The notes under the pieces were generated by a model. The model did not search any database, was not told where the DNA came from, and was given only the letters and a program-made list of their open reading frames with translations. Shown piece after piece: positions 48,580 to 60,754 of a stretch of 64,000 nt of DNA. Positions within the stretch are counted from its first letter, which is position 1; each line of letters begins with the position of its first letter. Both the position numbers and the translations under genes were made by a program. Origin of the DNA: Felis catus (Eukaryota); NCBI RefSeq assembly GCF_018350175.1, contig NC_058382.1, positions 52,888,001 to 52,952,000 of the forward strand, given 5' to 3'.

Positions 48580-49133
48580 GATTAAAGAATGACTTTATGG
48601 TTCTATCAATGATGCCAAAAAGGCATTTGCTCAAAATCAACCATTTCACCAACCAACATCAATAACTATACTGCTAAGTAAACTAGAGGGAGAAAATTCA
48701 TCCAGTATAATCAAGGATGTTATTTAAAATCTGCCACAAATATTTTCAACACGGAGAGCACCAAACAGTGCTGTCCATTTGAATCAGAAACCAGATAAGT
48801 GTGTCCACAATACCCATCACGATTCATCTTGCTCAGGAAGTTTCAGCAGATAGTATTAGACCCAAAAAAGACTTCACTAAGGGGGAAGAAACAAAATGTA
48901 CTTCATTTAAAAATTATATAACTATAATCTTAGAGAAGCTAAAATAGTCTCAGAAAAATTAATAGTAGCAAGATAATTCGAAGAGTTGGCTAGATATAAA
49001 GTAAAGATCTGCAAATCAACGCATCTTTCCTATGCTAGCAGTAATTAAAGATGGCAATAAAAGAAAGATTTCATTTAAACTATTACCAAAAGTATAAAAT
49101 ATTTAACAGGAGTTACTGAATATCTATATGAAA
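48580..49133 (+). mobile_element. Very old L1 ORF2 (RT region) fragment
   Basis: TATCAATGATGCCAAAAAGGCATTTG corresponds to the SIDAEKAF motif; downstream AAATCAACGCATCTTTCCTATGCTAGCA; no intact frame. Confidence 0.7.
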
Positions 49134-50329
49134 TTTTATGTAAGGTGTGAAGTCAGTAAAGGTTCATATTTTTTGCCCGTGGATGTCCGGTTGCTTTAAC
49201 ACCTATTGTTGATATTGAAGTTCTATTCTTCCTCCGTAGACCTGCTTTCACATCTTTATCAAAAACCAGTTGGGCATATTTGTGTGGCTCTATTTCTGGG
49301 TTCTCTATTCTGCTTCATTGATCTGTGTGTCTGAGTCTGTGCCAGTCATACACTGTCTTGATTGTCGTCGCCACAGAGTAAGTCTTGATACGAAGTAGAG
49401 TGATTTTTCCCACTGTGTTCTTCTTTATCGAGAGCGTTTTAACTCTTCCTGGGTCTTTGCCTTTCCACATAAAGTTTAGAATAAGCTTGTCTTTGTCTAC
49501 CAAAAACCTTGCTGCAAGTTTGGTAGAAAGCGCATTACACCTGTAGATCAGTTTGGCGAGAATTGACATCTTTACTATGTTAAGTCTTCCAATGGACGTG
49601 ACATGACACTCCCATCTGTTTAGGGTATGACTCTGGAGTGTATACCTAAGTTTTCATTTTCTTTGGAGTGATTGTCAGTGATATTGTGTCTTTAATTTCA
49701 GTTTCCACATGTTCAGTGTTAGTATAGAAAGGTGATTGTGTTTTGTCTGTTATCTTGATCCTGTGACCTTCCTTAATTTATTTATCAGTTCTAGAATTTT
49801 TTCTTATTTTTTTTTTTAGATTCTTGGTTGTTTTTTTTTTTATATAGCCAATCATTTCACAGGCAAACAGAGAGTTTTATTTCTTTTTTTCCAATATGGT
49901 TGCCTTTTACTTCTTTTTCGTATCCTTACTATAGTGGCTAGAACTTATTATGTTGAATAAGAGTGGCAAGAAGAGAAATCCTTGCCTTGGTCTCAGTCTT
50001 GGGGGGAAATCATTCACTATTACACCATTAAATGATTGATGCTGGCTGTTTTTTATAGATAGGCTTTATCAACTTGGGGTGTTCTCCTTTATTCCTAATT
50101 TGCTAAGAGTTTTTTTTTTTTTAATCATGAATGGGTGTTGGATTTTGTCAAATGCTTTTTCTTTGTCAAAAGATATGATCATATGAATTTTCTTAGCTTA
50201 TGGATTTCGTGAATTATGTTGATTGGTTGTTGAGTGTTGAACCAGCCTTGCATGTCTGGGATAAATCCCATTCACAGAATGTAAGTCTTTTTATACATTG
50301 TCCGATTCAGTTTGCCAATATTTTGTTAA
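49132..50329 (-). mobile_element. L1M ORF2 fragment
   Basis: ORF 49315-49569 (MSILAKLIYRCNAL..KLILNFMWKGK..KKNTVGKITL..KTY..) matches L1 ORF2p (MAILPKVIYRFNAIP..KFIWNQK..KNKAGGITLPDFKLYY). Confidence 0.93.
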
Positions 50330-51424
50330 CAGTCCACTGACTTTTCTTTAGCAAACGTCCGCCTCAGTGGAATGCCTCACATGGAGAGGATGCTTAGTAA
50401 ATACTTGTCGGTTGGGTTCCATTTTTGTGGTTAGGAAAGTATGAGAATGGAACGTAGGTCCCTGCCTATGGGCTGGTCTCTACTGGGTCCCCATCAGCCA
50501 CTGTGGAGCTCAGCTTGAATTAGGTAAAAACCAGTAAGCATTTAGTTTCACGTCTCATAAATAATCTGCCTACCTATATTTTAGGGTGTTCTTCTTCCTC
50601 ATCTGGCATTCAGCCACAGACTGCATTTAGGCCCACAGCCAGTGGGTCAGGGCAGAAGCCCAGATACCAGTCCTGGCCTCACCTTGGTTAATGTGCACGA
50701 CTCAGTTCCTTTGGCGTGGACGCTCCCTCTACACTCAATCAGCCATCTTGCAACATGAGTGTTACGGATCACACAGGATTCGTAGAAGGGAATGTAGGAA
50801 AGAACTACTCTCCTGGTCAAGGACACTTCTCTCTGATTAGGCCCCTTGTTTTAAGGCAACTGAGAAGACACACAGGTGTGATCCACTGATGATGATCCTG
50901 TTTCTCCAAGACCAGTTCTGCTCAGGCTACTCTCGGTTGGAGATTAAAAGCGAAAGCTCCTCTCATGACTGGTACAAAAGGTCCTTTCCCAAACCATAGA
51001 TTCATGAAACTGCCAAACAGTAGCTTTCAACTTTGCCCTTTAACGCATTCATTTTTCTACATGTGGAACTTTGCACTGAAGTGGCATGTTTGTTTATCTT
51101 GACTCATGCATCAGGAACGGGAGGTAAAATCCTATTAATAAGTAACAATTATATAGTACAGAGTAGGGCAAACGAAGATGCCTTTAGGTACCAGGCTGGT
51201 AGAATAAATGAATGAGGTTGTGTGTGTATGAAATGATAGATGGTGGGCGCTGGACCCAGTCCCCGGTGCAGGGAAGATAGTCGAAAGTGTCAGTGTCAGG
51301 GACTGTCTGTGCCCTGTGATAGGGGCAGCCATTATTAAATCCCAACTGAATGTTGCCAAGTGGAAATTAGATCCAATTTTGCCAGAGCATAGAATTTTTC
51401 CAGAGAACCTTGGTTCCATTCAGT

Positions 51425-51428
<4 letters not shown>

Positions 51429-51462
<34 letters not shown>
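51429..51462. repeat. (TG)n microsatellite
   Basis: About 17 perfect units. Confidence 0.97.
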
Positions 51463-51465
<3 letters not shown>

Positions 51466-51585
51466 ACGTAGAGTCATCCAATTTTTAAATGTTGGCAGCG
51501 AATTCATTGCATGGGGCAACTTGGAGGAAGCCAAATGAAATACATCTATGGGCCAGATTCAGCCGGTAGGACATCATTTTGCCTA
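51463..51585. mobile_element. hAT-Charlie (MER102-like) fragment
   Basis: ATTTTTAAATGTTGGCAGCGAATTCA...CCAAATGAAATACATCTATGGGCCAGATTCAGCC. Confidence 0.5.
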
Positions 51586-51999
51586 AATTTTCAGCACTGT
51601 ACGTTTCTTCCTGATTTGAGGCTTTGTGCGGCATTGCACATGAATTATTTCTCCTTTTTAAAGTTTGTCATTTTATACAAGTCAACCCACTGTTGGCACA
51701 TCTATTAAATATATAAATCTATCCCTTTTGTGTTCAAGAGGAAAAACTAATTTCCCCAGAAAATGCACCCCCCTGCTTTGTATATATTATACAGTTACCA
51801 TAAAATGGCACTACTTCCTAAATACCCAACTCTTTTAATCACTTGAAATCTAGAACATTCTGTCCTGTGATTGTTGACATGTTACTGCCTTTGGTGTTTC
51901 TTCTAAGTGAAGAATCATCCTTCATAGCAAGCACCTGAAGGCCATTAAAAACACAGGTCAAGCAGATATAAGGTGGACTCTCCCAAGTCCATACATTCT

Positions 52000-52220
52000 T
52001 TTTTTTATTAACATTTATTTTTGAGAGAGAGAGAGACAGAGAGAGAGACAGAGCACAAACGGGGAAGGGGAAGAGAGAGAGGGCGACACAGAATCCGAAG
52101 CAGGCTCCAGGCTCTGAGCTGTCAGCACAGACCCCAAGGCAGGGCTCGAACCCAAGAACCGCGAGATCATGACCTGAGCCGAAGTCAGACGCTCAACCGA
52201 CTGAGCCACCCAGGCGCCCC
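52000..52220 (-). mobile_element. Can-SINE (SINEC)
   Basis: 17 bp TSD CCAAGTC(CA/TG)TACATTCT at 51983-51999 and 52221-52237. Confidence 0.97.
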
Positions 52221-55170
52221 CCAAGTCTGTACATTCTCACTTCTCCTAGACATGGAAGCATGTTCACGTTCTCTTTGCTTTCACGGGTCCAGACATCCCA
52301 CGGCACTGGCAGGAGGTTAGGGAGGGAGAGGACAGCAACCGATACTGGTCCTTCCACTGATTGGTATCCTGGCTGGAGACAAATGGTTTTGCATGGCGCC
52401 ATCGTGCATTGGAGGGCTTGTTTCAGGTTTATAATGAATAAAGAGTTATGCAATTACCCTGAGCTTAGAAGGGAAGAGAGCTGGGTACTCCCTCTCTGCT
52501 TCTGGATGGTATCACTTTCTCCTGGAAATCATGCAGAACATGAAGCCCATGCCTGCAGTTCAAGGATGACAGATGGCAGGTGAGAAGAAAATTGCCACAG
52601 TGTTTGGCGCTCTGGGTGTGCTATTGTCAGAGCCCCATGCAGGGTCCTGACAGGTAGAGCCACCTAATGGTTCTGTTTGACCCCAGAGTTCCCGTAACTG
52701 CAGGGAAAAGCCAGGCCTCCTGCATGGATTTGGAAGTTCTGGCTCTAATGTGATTCTAATTCTCTTCCCTGTGATCTGGGAATGGCCTTTATTTATCTCC
52801 GTTGTTGTTTCAGTCATGAATATCGCATTTGAATAGCTGAGGGTATCCAGACTGAGTCTTGAAAAGACAACAAATAGTCCCTTTTATAGGGAGAGAGACT
52901 AGATTTTGTTGTCACAGTAGTAACCCTAAGGTGGGGAATCCTAGAAGCCCTCCATCTTGCTGTGCCTTATTTCTCCAGTACTACTGAGAAGTTTTGGCTT
53001 CTCCCTTTTCCTGTAAGATGAAAGATGGTTGGCAATTTTATTTTTCTCAGCACTGCCTTGCAGCTTCTGTTTGCATCCTTCCGCCGGGTGCAAGGCCAGA
53101 GGCCCCAAGGAGCAGGATTCGCTGACCCATGTTGACAGTCGGATGATGGATGGGACAGAGAAGAGCACGCGCCGCCTGGACCCGAGGGGGGTCTGGGCTG
53201 AACAGGCTCCTTCCTGAATCAAGAGCAGAAGTGGGTCTTGGGCAAAGCCACGTGGCAGCAACCCAGGCTTTAGAGAACAGCTCTGCGGCCCAAACCACAG
53301 AGAGCCCCAGACTTAACCAGCAGTGTATTGCATGCGGAGCAGAGGGGCTGTTCTGCAGTTCAGCTAACATCTAGCAGCTTCCACGTGTCGGCGATGGGCT
53401 GACACTGAGGTGAAGACAGAGACGGCTCTTGTGAGCTCACCCCGGGAAATAGAACCAGGAGGCGTTTGGTTCCATTCTTTGAGTCAAGGGCATGGGTGCA
53501 CCCAGGGTTCAGGAGGCGGTGGAAAGAGAGGACTGCTCCTCGCCTGGGGGTATATATCAGGGGAAGCTTCCTGGAGGAGGTGACGCTTGGAAAGAGGAGA
53601 ACGCAAAATAGCTAGCGAAGGGGCAAAGCGAGCCCGCTAGGCAGAGTGCACGCCAAGAGCAGAGGCCTGGCTTCTACGAAGCAAAATACGAGCAAACGAA
53701 ATCCGCCGAGCCACACCACCTGTCATCGCTATATTGCTCATCCAACCTCCTGAAAAGCCTGACAGGCAGGTTTGTCATCCCCACTCGAGGGGGAGGAAAC
53801 AGACACAGAGAGGTGGACTGGCTTCCTGACAGCGTGTGTGGGATTCGAACCTAGCCCTAGCCGGCTTCCCTTCTCTGGCTGGGAAAGTCCTCCACACAAG
53901 TTTTCTGGAGGGTCTAGAGTCACTCGGGTCCTTCTGAGCAGCCTGTCCGGTGAGAGGGAAGCCAGCAGAGTCCTTCTCCGACTGTGGGTATCTATTTAAG
54001 GGGCCAGGGAGATACTATCAGGTGGTTCGTTTTGCCATTACACGGGGACCCCTGGAGAGCACCCCACAATAGTGTTTCTGGAAATTCAGATTGTGTATTA
54101 GCCTGTGACAATACTCATAATACCTGCCCACCATTGGTTACCCAGCTGAAAAACAATGAAGGACCTCTAGCTTTTATTGTAACTAGATTAATTATAAGTT
54201 GGGAATCCTAGAAGGCCTTAATCTCATCATGCACACTGCTTTTCCCTCCCAGTACCATTTAGAAGTGAGCTGAAACCGACTTCAGTGTCATCGGTTTCTG
54301 TTATGTTCTAAGTGCCTGCTCCTTTAGGGCGACGCATTCAGATAGAGAACAGGTTTGTTACCTACACTCGGGGGAGACACTCTTGACCCAGTTACAGCCC
54401 CCGAGCTTTGAATGGGTTTCTAGGCCTGTGGATGGGCCAGGGGGGCCTGCCCGGACCATTGTCCTGTCATCCTTGATGCTAGCCAAGACTGTGTTCCGCA
54501 AACATTTAGAGCTTGGGAGAAAAGAGAGCAAAGCTTCCACACCCCCAGTCCAAAGCCACGAATGGTTCCTCCGGGCCCCTGTTCTAAGCAGCTGAGTTGA
54601 TGTATCACAGATGATCTTCAAAGAACAGGTTCCTATTTGTTCATTGTCAAAACCTACATGGTATGAAAAGTAGGTAACTTGGGTCTTGCCACCGCAAATC
54701 CACCTACTCGATCCTTTTAACTTAATCTAGTGCAACAAGTGTTTATTTATCAATGGCAACTGGACAGTGGTCAGGTCGCTGTCCCTGTGGAGACACGGAC
54801 TCATATTCCCTATTTGAATTTAGTTTTTTTGAAGCTTGTCTGCTCTTGCTTCTTCTTCCCCCTTTTCTCTGACTTCATTTCTTGTCTCCTCTTTTTACCC
54901 CATATCCAGCCTCATCACTGGCCCCACATTACATTTCCTTAGCTAACCTGCCCCTGAAGGACGGACGTGGGTATTTCCATATGAAAAAAGTAAAATTCTT
55001 TTGTCCAAGACAGTTTGTTCCATTGGAAAGAAATAACCACTCTTTTTCTGAAATGATGAGGATAGTAAATAGCGATTTGGTATATTCTTGATCTGAGAAA
55101 ATGAAAAAGTTCACAACTTTTCGTAAATGTAAAAAAAAAACAAAAAAAAACCAAAAAAAAACCATGGCCA

Positions 55171-55455
55171 GTTTTGCGGAGGGCCGTGCGTGGTAAAACA
55201 ACCATCTTCGGTTTGCTGCTAATCATGTATGCGGTGAACCTGGACAAAACCAGGTGCACCCACTTTCATGTTTTCTGGGTTCTTCTGTAGCTGAGGATAA
55301 CTGCTTTGTGGGTCCTGATGGATCTCTAAGCACGAGCTATGAAATTCACGTTACACCAGTAGTTTCTACGGGCTTGATTCCGACGTAAGCTTTCAGTGCC
55401 GATATTCCTATTAAATATGTCATGGTTTGTCTAAAAAACAAAACAAAACAACAAC
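55171..55455 (+). pseudogene. Probable 5'-truncated processed pseudogene (3' UTR retrocopy) or orphan L1 transduction; source gene not recognised
   Basis: TSD AAAACCATGGCCA at 55158-55170 and 55456-55468; ATTAAA at 55410-55415; A-rich tail from 55433; body unlike the repeats I recognise. Confidence 0.7.
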
Positions 55456-55591
55456 AAAACCATGGCCATTCCTCTGACATTTGGTAGTTTAACAAATATT
55501 TTCAGCGGAATTAGTGTTATAGGGTCATTGCTTGTTTCAAAACGTATGCTTTCTCCAGGCTTTGGGTTCTAGATTCACCTGCATTATAGAG

Positions 55592-55832
55592 CAGGGGTCA
55601 GAAAACTTTTACTTGAAAATCCAGATAGTAAATATTTTACAGTTTGTGGTCTAAGACACAAAACAGAGGCTACTCTGTACATAGTCATCCAGTCCTTTAA
55701 GTTATATCTGTTTTAAAATGTAAATGTTATTCTTAGATTATGGACGGTAAAAAACAAGCAGGAATAACAGGAATAACAAAACCAGACAGCTAGCGGGATT
55801 TTACCTGCTTGCCGGAAATAGCAGACCCTTGA
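55592..55832. mobile_element. MER58-type hAT-Charlie MITE
   Basis: CAGGGGTCAGAAAACTTTT...CCAGATAGTAAATATTTTA...GCAGACCCTTG terminal inverted ends. Confidence 0.8.
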
Positions 55833-55837
55833 TCTAG

Positions 55838-56002
55838 GCAGTTTATCAAATTAGAATGTGCATGAGTCACTCGGACATCCTTCTAAAAGCGCGGATTTGG
55901 GATCAGGGTGTCTGGAATCTGATGTGAATGAATTCTGCATTCCTCACAAGCTCTGAGATGCCACTGCCGATGGTCCATGGAAGATGTTTTGAACAGAAAG
56001 GA
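55838..56002. mobile_element. MER5-type MITE
   Basis: TCAAATTAGAATGTGCATGAGTCAC...ATTCTGCATTCCTCACAAGCTC...GATGGTCCATGGA; directly follows MER58. Confidence 0.65.
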
Positions 56003-56281
56003 TTATATTATAAATTCCTAGACAGCCAGAATGTTTTTCTTGTCTTATCATCAGTGCCTAATATGATGTCAGGTTCATAGTGGCCTAATACACAGAAAGA
56101 GAGAGAGGAGAGAGAAAGAAGAGGGGGAGGGAGGGAGGCAGGAAGAATTGCAACTTAAAAAAAAATCTAGACACAAATACCTCTGATGATTTCTAAACAT
56201 CTAACAAAGAGGAAGGAAATTCTTAAAGCATCTAAACTCTCATACCTCACATGGTTATGTCATCATTAAAAATGAAAGAGT

Positions 56282-56501
56282 GGGGCGCCTGGGTGGTTCA
56301 GTCGGTTGAGTGTCCGACTCCAGCTCAGGTCATGATCCTGCGGTCGATGAGTTCAAGCCCCATGTCGGGCTCTGTGCTGATAGCTCAGAGCCTGGAGCCT
56401 GTTTCCGATTCTGTGTCTCCCTCTCTCTCTGCCCCTCTCTCGCTCATGCTCTGTCTCTCTCTTTCTGTCAAAAGTAAATAAACATTAAGAAAAATGAAAA
56501 A
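56282..56501 (+). mobile_element. Can-SINE (SINEC)
   Basis: TSD AAAAATGAAAGAGT at 56268-56281 and 56502-56515. Confidence 0.97.
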
Positions 56502-57529
56502 AAAAATGAAAGAGTAAAATATTGAATTCACAATTTCTAGAAGATCAGGCAGGTCCCCACCTCTTGGGCCTGTGTATGTTCTTGCTACTCATCACTTCGT
56601 CTGTTACTACTAACTGGTGCCAATGTGTTGTCTATAGGTCTAACAACTGGGATTTTTTTAAAGCAGAAAACATTTTCATTACACAGGGGTGCCCAAATTT
56701 TGTACACCATGTAGAAGACAGTGCAAGGAAAATTATGAATTCTTAAGCATCCTAAGATTAGTAGTCAGAGTTAACAACCAGACAATTTACAAGTTAAAAA
56801 AAAAGTGCGAATCACACACAGATGTTATTTTCCAGAAATGCTGCTTACAAAGGTAATCGCTCACAAATTTTAGGGTTTACAGCAGGTATCACAGGATTTC
56901 AAATGTAAGGGGTGTGTGTGTTCAAAGTCTTAAGAATATCCGAGGGATGTATGCATAATTACCTGAAATTGAAACTTGTGTAGTTTAAACACTTACTGAA
57001 AGGAAGACCTTTTATTTCATCTTCTCTATGGGTTGGTGGGGGGGGGGGAGAACCAACAAGGAACAGCAAAAACTTTTAATGTTGAATATGTAGGTTTGTA
57101 AAATGTGAGTTAGCATCAGAGGAGCGAAGTTCTTTCATGACTCTTGCCAACACTCTGAGGCATTGGCCTTCCTTCTGGAAGAATGGCAAGGGGCCCCTGG
57201 TAAAAGGGCCCTGGACATTTCTCTAGACGTTCTCTTCATCTTTATATTAACTTGTAAGAAGGTGTTAGGAGAAATGGTGAAATTCTGGATAAATATGCCT
57301 GGATGAGAAACTAGGCAGAGTAGGTACAGGAGAAACAGTGGTTGGGCAACAAATGGTGGTTCCAAACCAGGTAGGCCGGACGAGCAAGCAGACAGAACAA
57401 AATCATCCAAGTGTCTGCCGAGAGGTGGTCTGTCCAGCATGGCCGTTAGTTCATTTCATCAGAAGGAAATTGCTCTTTCTTTTAACTTATGAACTGTATA
57501 CCATCTCTCTTCTGGGGTTAACTCCTAAC

Positions 57530-57720
57530 CCTGACATAGAGCCAAGTGGTCTTGGTCAAGTTCCTTAAACTCTGTCTCGGTTTCCTCGTCTATAAAATGG
57601 CCCCAAACTACCTTCTTTGCAGTGTCGTGGGAGGGTTAAGTGAGAGTCTGTTAAAGTCAGCCGCGTCTCTAAAGTACCTGGCGCGAAGTCAGACCTCAGC
57701 AAATGATAGGTCTTATTCCC
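57530..57720 (+). mobile_element. MIR
   Basis: CTTGGTCAAGTTCCTTAAACTCTGTCTCGGTTTCCTCGTCTATAAAATGG core. Confidence 0.8.
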
Positions 57721-57749
57721 TGCTGTGCAATGAAACTGGTATTTGGAGA

Positions 57750-58299
57750 TGTTTTATGATATAACTTTCATTATTACTTAGGTATGGTAAGACCAACAGA
57801 TGTAGAGATGGTTGCCATTGCAATGACAGTTTGCAATACCCACAGGTCCCCGGAAAGGGACATACTGTGCTAGGGTGGGAACATCACCTGGGGAAGTACC
57901 CGGACTGCCTCAGTCAGGAGGCAGAGGGAGATGGGACCTTGGGCAGGAGGCTTTATTGTGGTTTCTGCAGGAAGGAACAGGCAAGGCAGGGAAAGTAAGC
58001 TGAGGATTGGCTACTTTGAATAATTTCAGCAGGCCCAGGGCTACAGCATCTGGCCCTGGGGTGATTAGAGCAGGTAGATAGTGAGGACAGGATAGTTAGA
58101 GCCGGGAATGTGAGGACGTGATAAGGAAGGTGATTTGGAGGTATGGGCTCAGGATTGGTCAGTTTGCATTTGTGAGGCACAGGGGAGTTGCTTCCTATCT
58201 CTAGGAATCGACTGTCAGGGAGAGTGAGTGTCTCTGGGGTCAGTGAGGCCCCAAATGTCAAAGCCTCAGAGTACGGAAAAATAAAAGAAGTGTTTAACA
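57750..58299 (-). mobile_element. MER74-like ERVL solo LTR, apparently full length
   Basis: TG...CA termini; on minus strand GCTTTGACATTTGGGGCCTCACTGACCCCAGAGACA...CCTAGAGATAG...CCAATCC...AATAAA (57952-57957); matches recalled MER74. Confidence 0.78.
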
Positions 58300-58599
58300 T
58301 AGGAGAGAACCAAGCAGAGACCTCTGAAAGTTTACATATGTATGCTTCTGGATTTTATAGGTGAGGAGAGCAAAAATTGGGGATAATTGAAAATATTTTC
58401 AGAATACATGGGACCACAAAGTACGACATATTGAAAAAAGGAGAGAGAAGTACGACCAGCAGTTACAGTTTTCAGTTGGAAAAAAAGCACAACTTACAAA
58501 GGAAGGTGAAGGTGAAGGTGAAGGAAACCGAGTCAGGCCTCTTTTTCTTACAAAGGCAGGAAGGTCCCCATGGTCCCACCATTAACTGTGGCTGCAGAA

Positions 58600-59182
58600 A
58601 CATTTGGCTTAGATGGAGTCACTTGACAAGTGGTGTCACTGCCTGGCTGAAAACCCTCCAGTGGCTTTCCACTGCATTTATAAAAAAATACTGCAACTCC
58701 TTACTGTGACCAGCATGGATTACTTAGTCTGACCCTTCCTACATTCACTGCATCACCTCCAACGCACCAGCTCCCCAAACCCCCTGTTTCTTCTGTTTCT
58801 TGAACACACCACATCCACTTCTTCCTTCCTCGGGACCTTCACCCCCAGTCTCCTCTATTCTGGTGTGCTGTTCCTTCTGAGCTTTGCATGGCTGGCTGCT
58901 TTTTATAATTCAGATCTCAGTTGAATGGTCATCTCTGAACAGAGATTTTCTTGGGCTCCCCAGTCTAAAGAAATCATTATTTCTAATTCTCTGTGCTGTG
59001 CTTATTACTGTCTGTTATTTTGTTGTTTATTTATTTGCTTCTCATTTCTATATTCCCGCTATAACCTAAACTCCAGGGAAGCAGGGACCCAGGTTGTGTT
59101 TATTGCTGTAGAACCAGGGCCTAGAGGCATGTACAGGACACAGCAGGGATTGGGTGTTTACTGAGTGAATGAATGAATGATT
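58600..59182 (+). mobile_element. L2 LINE 3' region
   Basis: AAAACCCTCCAGTGGCTTTCCACTGCATTTA...TTTATTGCTGTAGAACCAGGGCCTAG...TGAATGAATGAATGA tail. Confidence 0.85.
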
Positions 59183-59469
59183 GAGCTCTCTAAAACCACA
59201 CTGCTCTACACTCTGCCTCCAGCTAGCTCAAGAACAATTTCCTAAAGAGCCTCTGAAAATTAGAAAAGGAACAGTGCATGGATTCTGGCCCCAGTAGGCT
59301 TCTGGGCTTGGTGTTTCTTTAATTTCATGTAAATTTCTCTAAGTAAATATTCCTTAAAAGTGAATAAAATTTTATTTCGCTTTAACAAGAGAATATAAAA
59401 GTTAAAAAGGTCACTGTAGTAATAGACTAATCTCAATTACCAGGGCAGCCTCCGAAACCCTCACTCCCA

Positions 59470-59710
59470 CCTAATCTCATTCGGTGCATACGCAGCTCAC
59501 CGTGTGATTTCCAACACAGCTAAATGAAATTATAAAGCAGTGTTAAATTTATTAATCATTTAATTAGCTAAATGTTCCTGCAAGTACTCGCGAGATGAAT
59601 GGCATGTCATTTTTCTAATGCAATTTGCCTCTCAGGCAGCCAGGGTCAGAAAGGGAAGCTCCTGGCATCTCGAATGAGCTTTTTATATCTCACCTTCTAT
59701 TAAGAGACAG
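59470..59710. promoter_or_regulatory. Candidate conserved non-coding block
   Basis: GTTAAATTTATTAATCATTTAATTAGCTAAATG homeodomain-site cluster, TGTCA; repeat-free. Confidence 0.35.
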
Positions 59711-60754
59711 TGGGGATACCGGTGATCGCATGTGGGGCCTGTACACAAGACCGGGGCGCTGGGGCGCTAGAATGAAACAGGGCTGTCCGTCTCCCCTGGG
59801 TTACAAGGAGGAGGGGCGGGGTGGCTGATGGGTCCCTCTGAGATTGCCTCTCCCCACGTCTCCTTGCAGGGCAAATCTTTTTATATTTAACAAGCCACTG
59901 AGCAGAGCAGAGCAAAAGATAGCAGCCAGTATTAAACGCATGCTCAATCTAGTTTTATTTCTTTAAATTTACTCAGTCGAGAAAAATTTGTGGAGTGCGA
60001 ATTCTCCTCATGGTAGGTGACTTTTTAATCCTTCTCGTTGACTCGGGATTTATTTCTCCCTTCCAGCCTCCTAGCCTTTGCCTGTCATCTTGGGGTGTAT
60101 GCCACCCTTGCTCTCTGAAGAGGGTCGTCCTGGGGTGGGGTGCTCTGGCTCCCAGGACTGGGACACATACCCGGGGCAGCTCAGGGATTTGGAGACTTTG
60201 ACCCGTAATTATTTCCGCAAGACAAGCGGCTGCTGCTTTGTAAATCTCTTCCCATTTGCAATGAGAGAACTGGCATCCAGAACATTGTCTAAATTCACTC
60301 GGCAAGCAGCTGTTGGAGTGGGTGCCACGTGAGCCCGAGAACATCCAAATGAACACTAGTCTATTTGTTCAAGATGGAAGCTGTCAGTTCCGAGGACCTC
60401 AGCGGGACAAGCGTCTTGATGGGTGGATGTTGCTGGTCTACAGCGCCACCGAGCAGAGAGACAAGCTACTCTGCGTTAAGGAAGGTAGACACATTGGGAC
60501 TCGATGAGTGGAAGTCTCAGGGGCTGGTTTGGGTTAGCTGAGGCGCCCTCGACAAGCCATGTGACCTGGGGCCCCATGATTTCATCACCTGTAACAGAGG
60601 GGTCGTGTGAATACTCAGTAGATATCAGTAACAGCCAATCATCCGATTGTCATAAGGATTAGATAAAATGAGGTACTTGAAACTCCCATATAAATTCTAA
60701 AGTGATGTAGAGGCATGACAGAAGGATTTTATTTAACTTATTTTGTCTTTCAAG

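Noticed and set aside
49315..49569. L1 ORF2p-like ORF as a functional CDS
   Set aside because: 84 aa relic within a frameshifted, stop-ridden old L1 fragment
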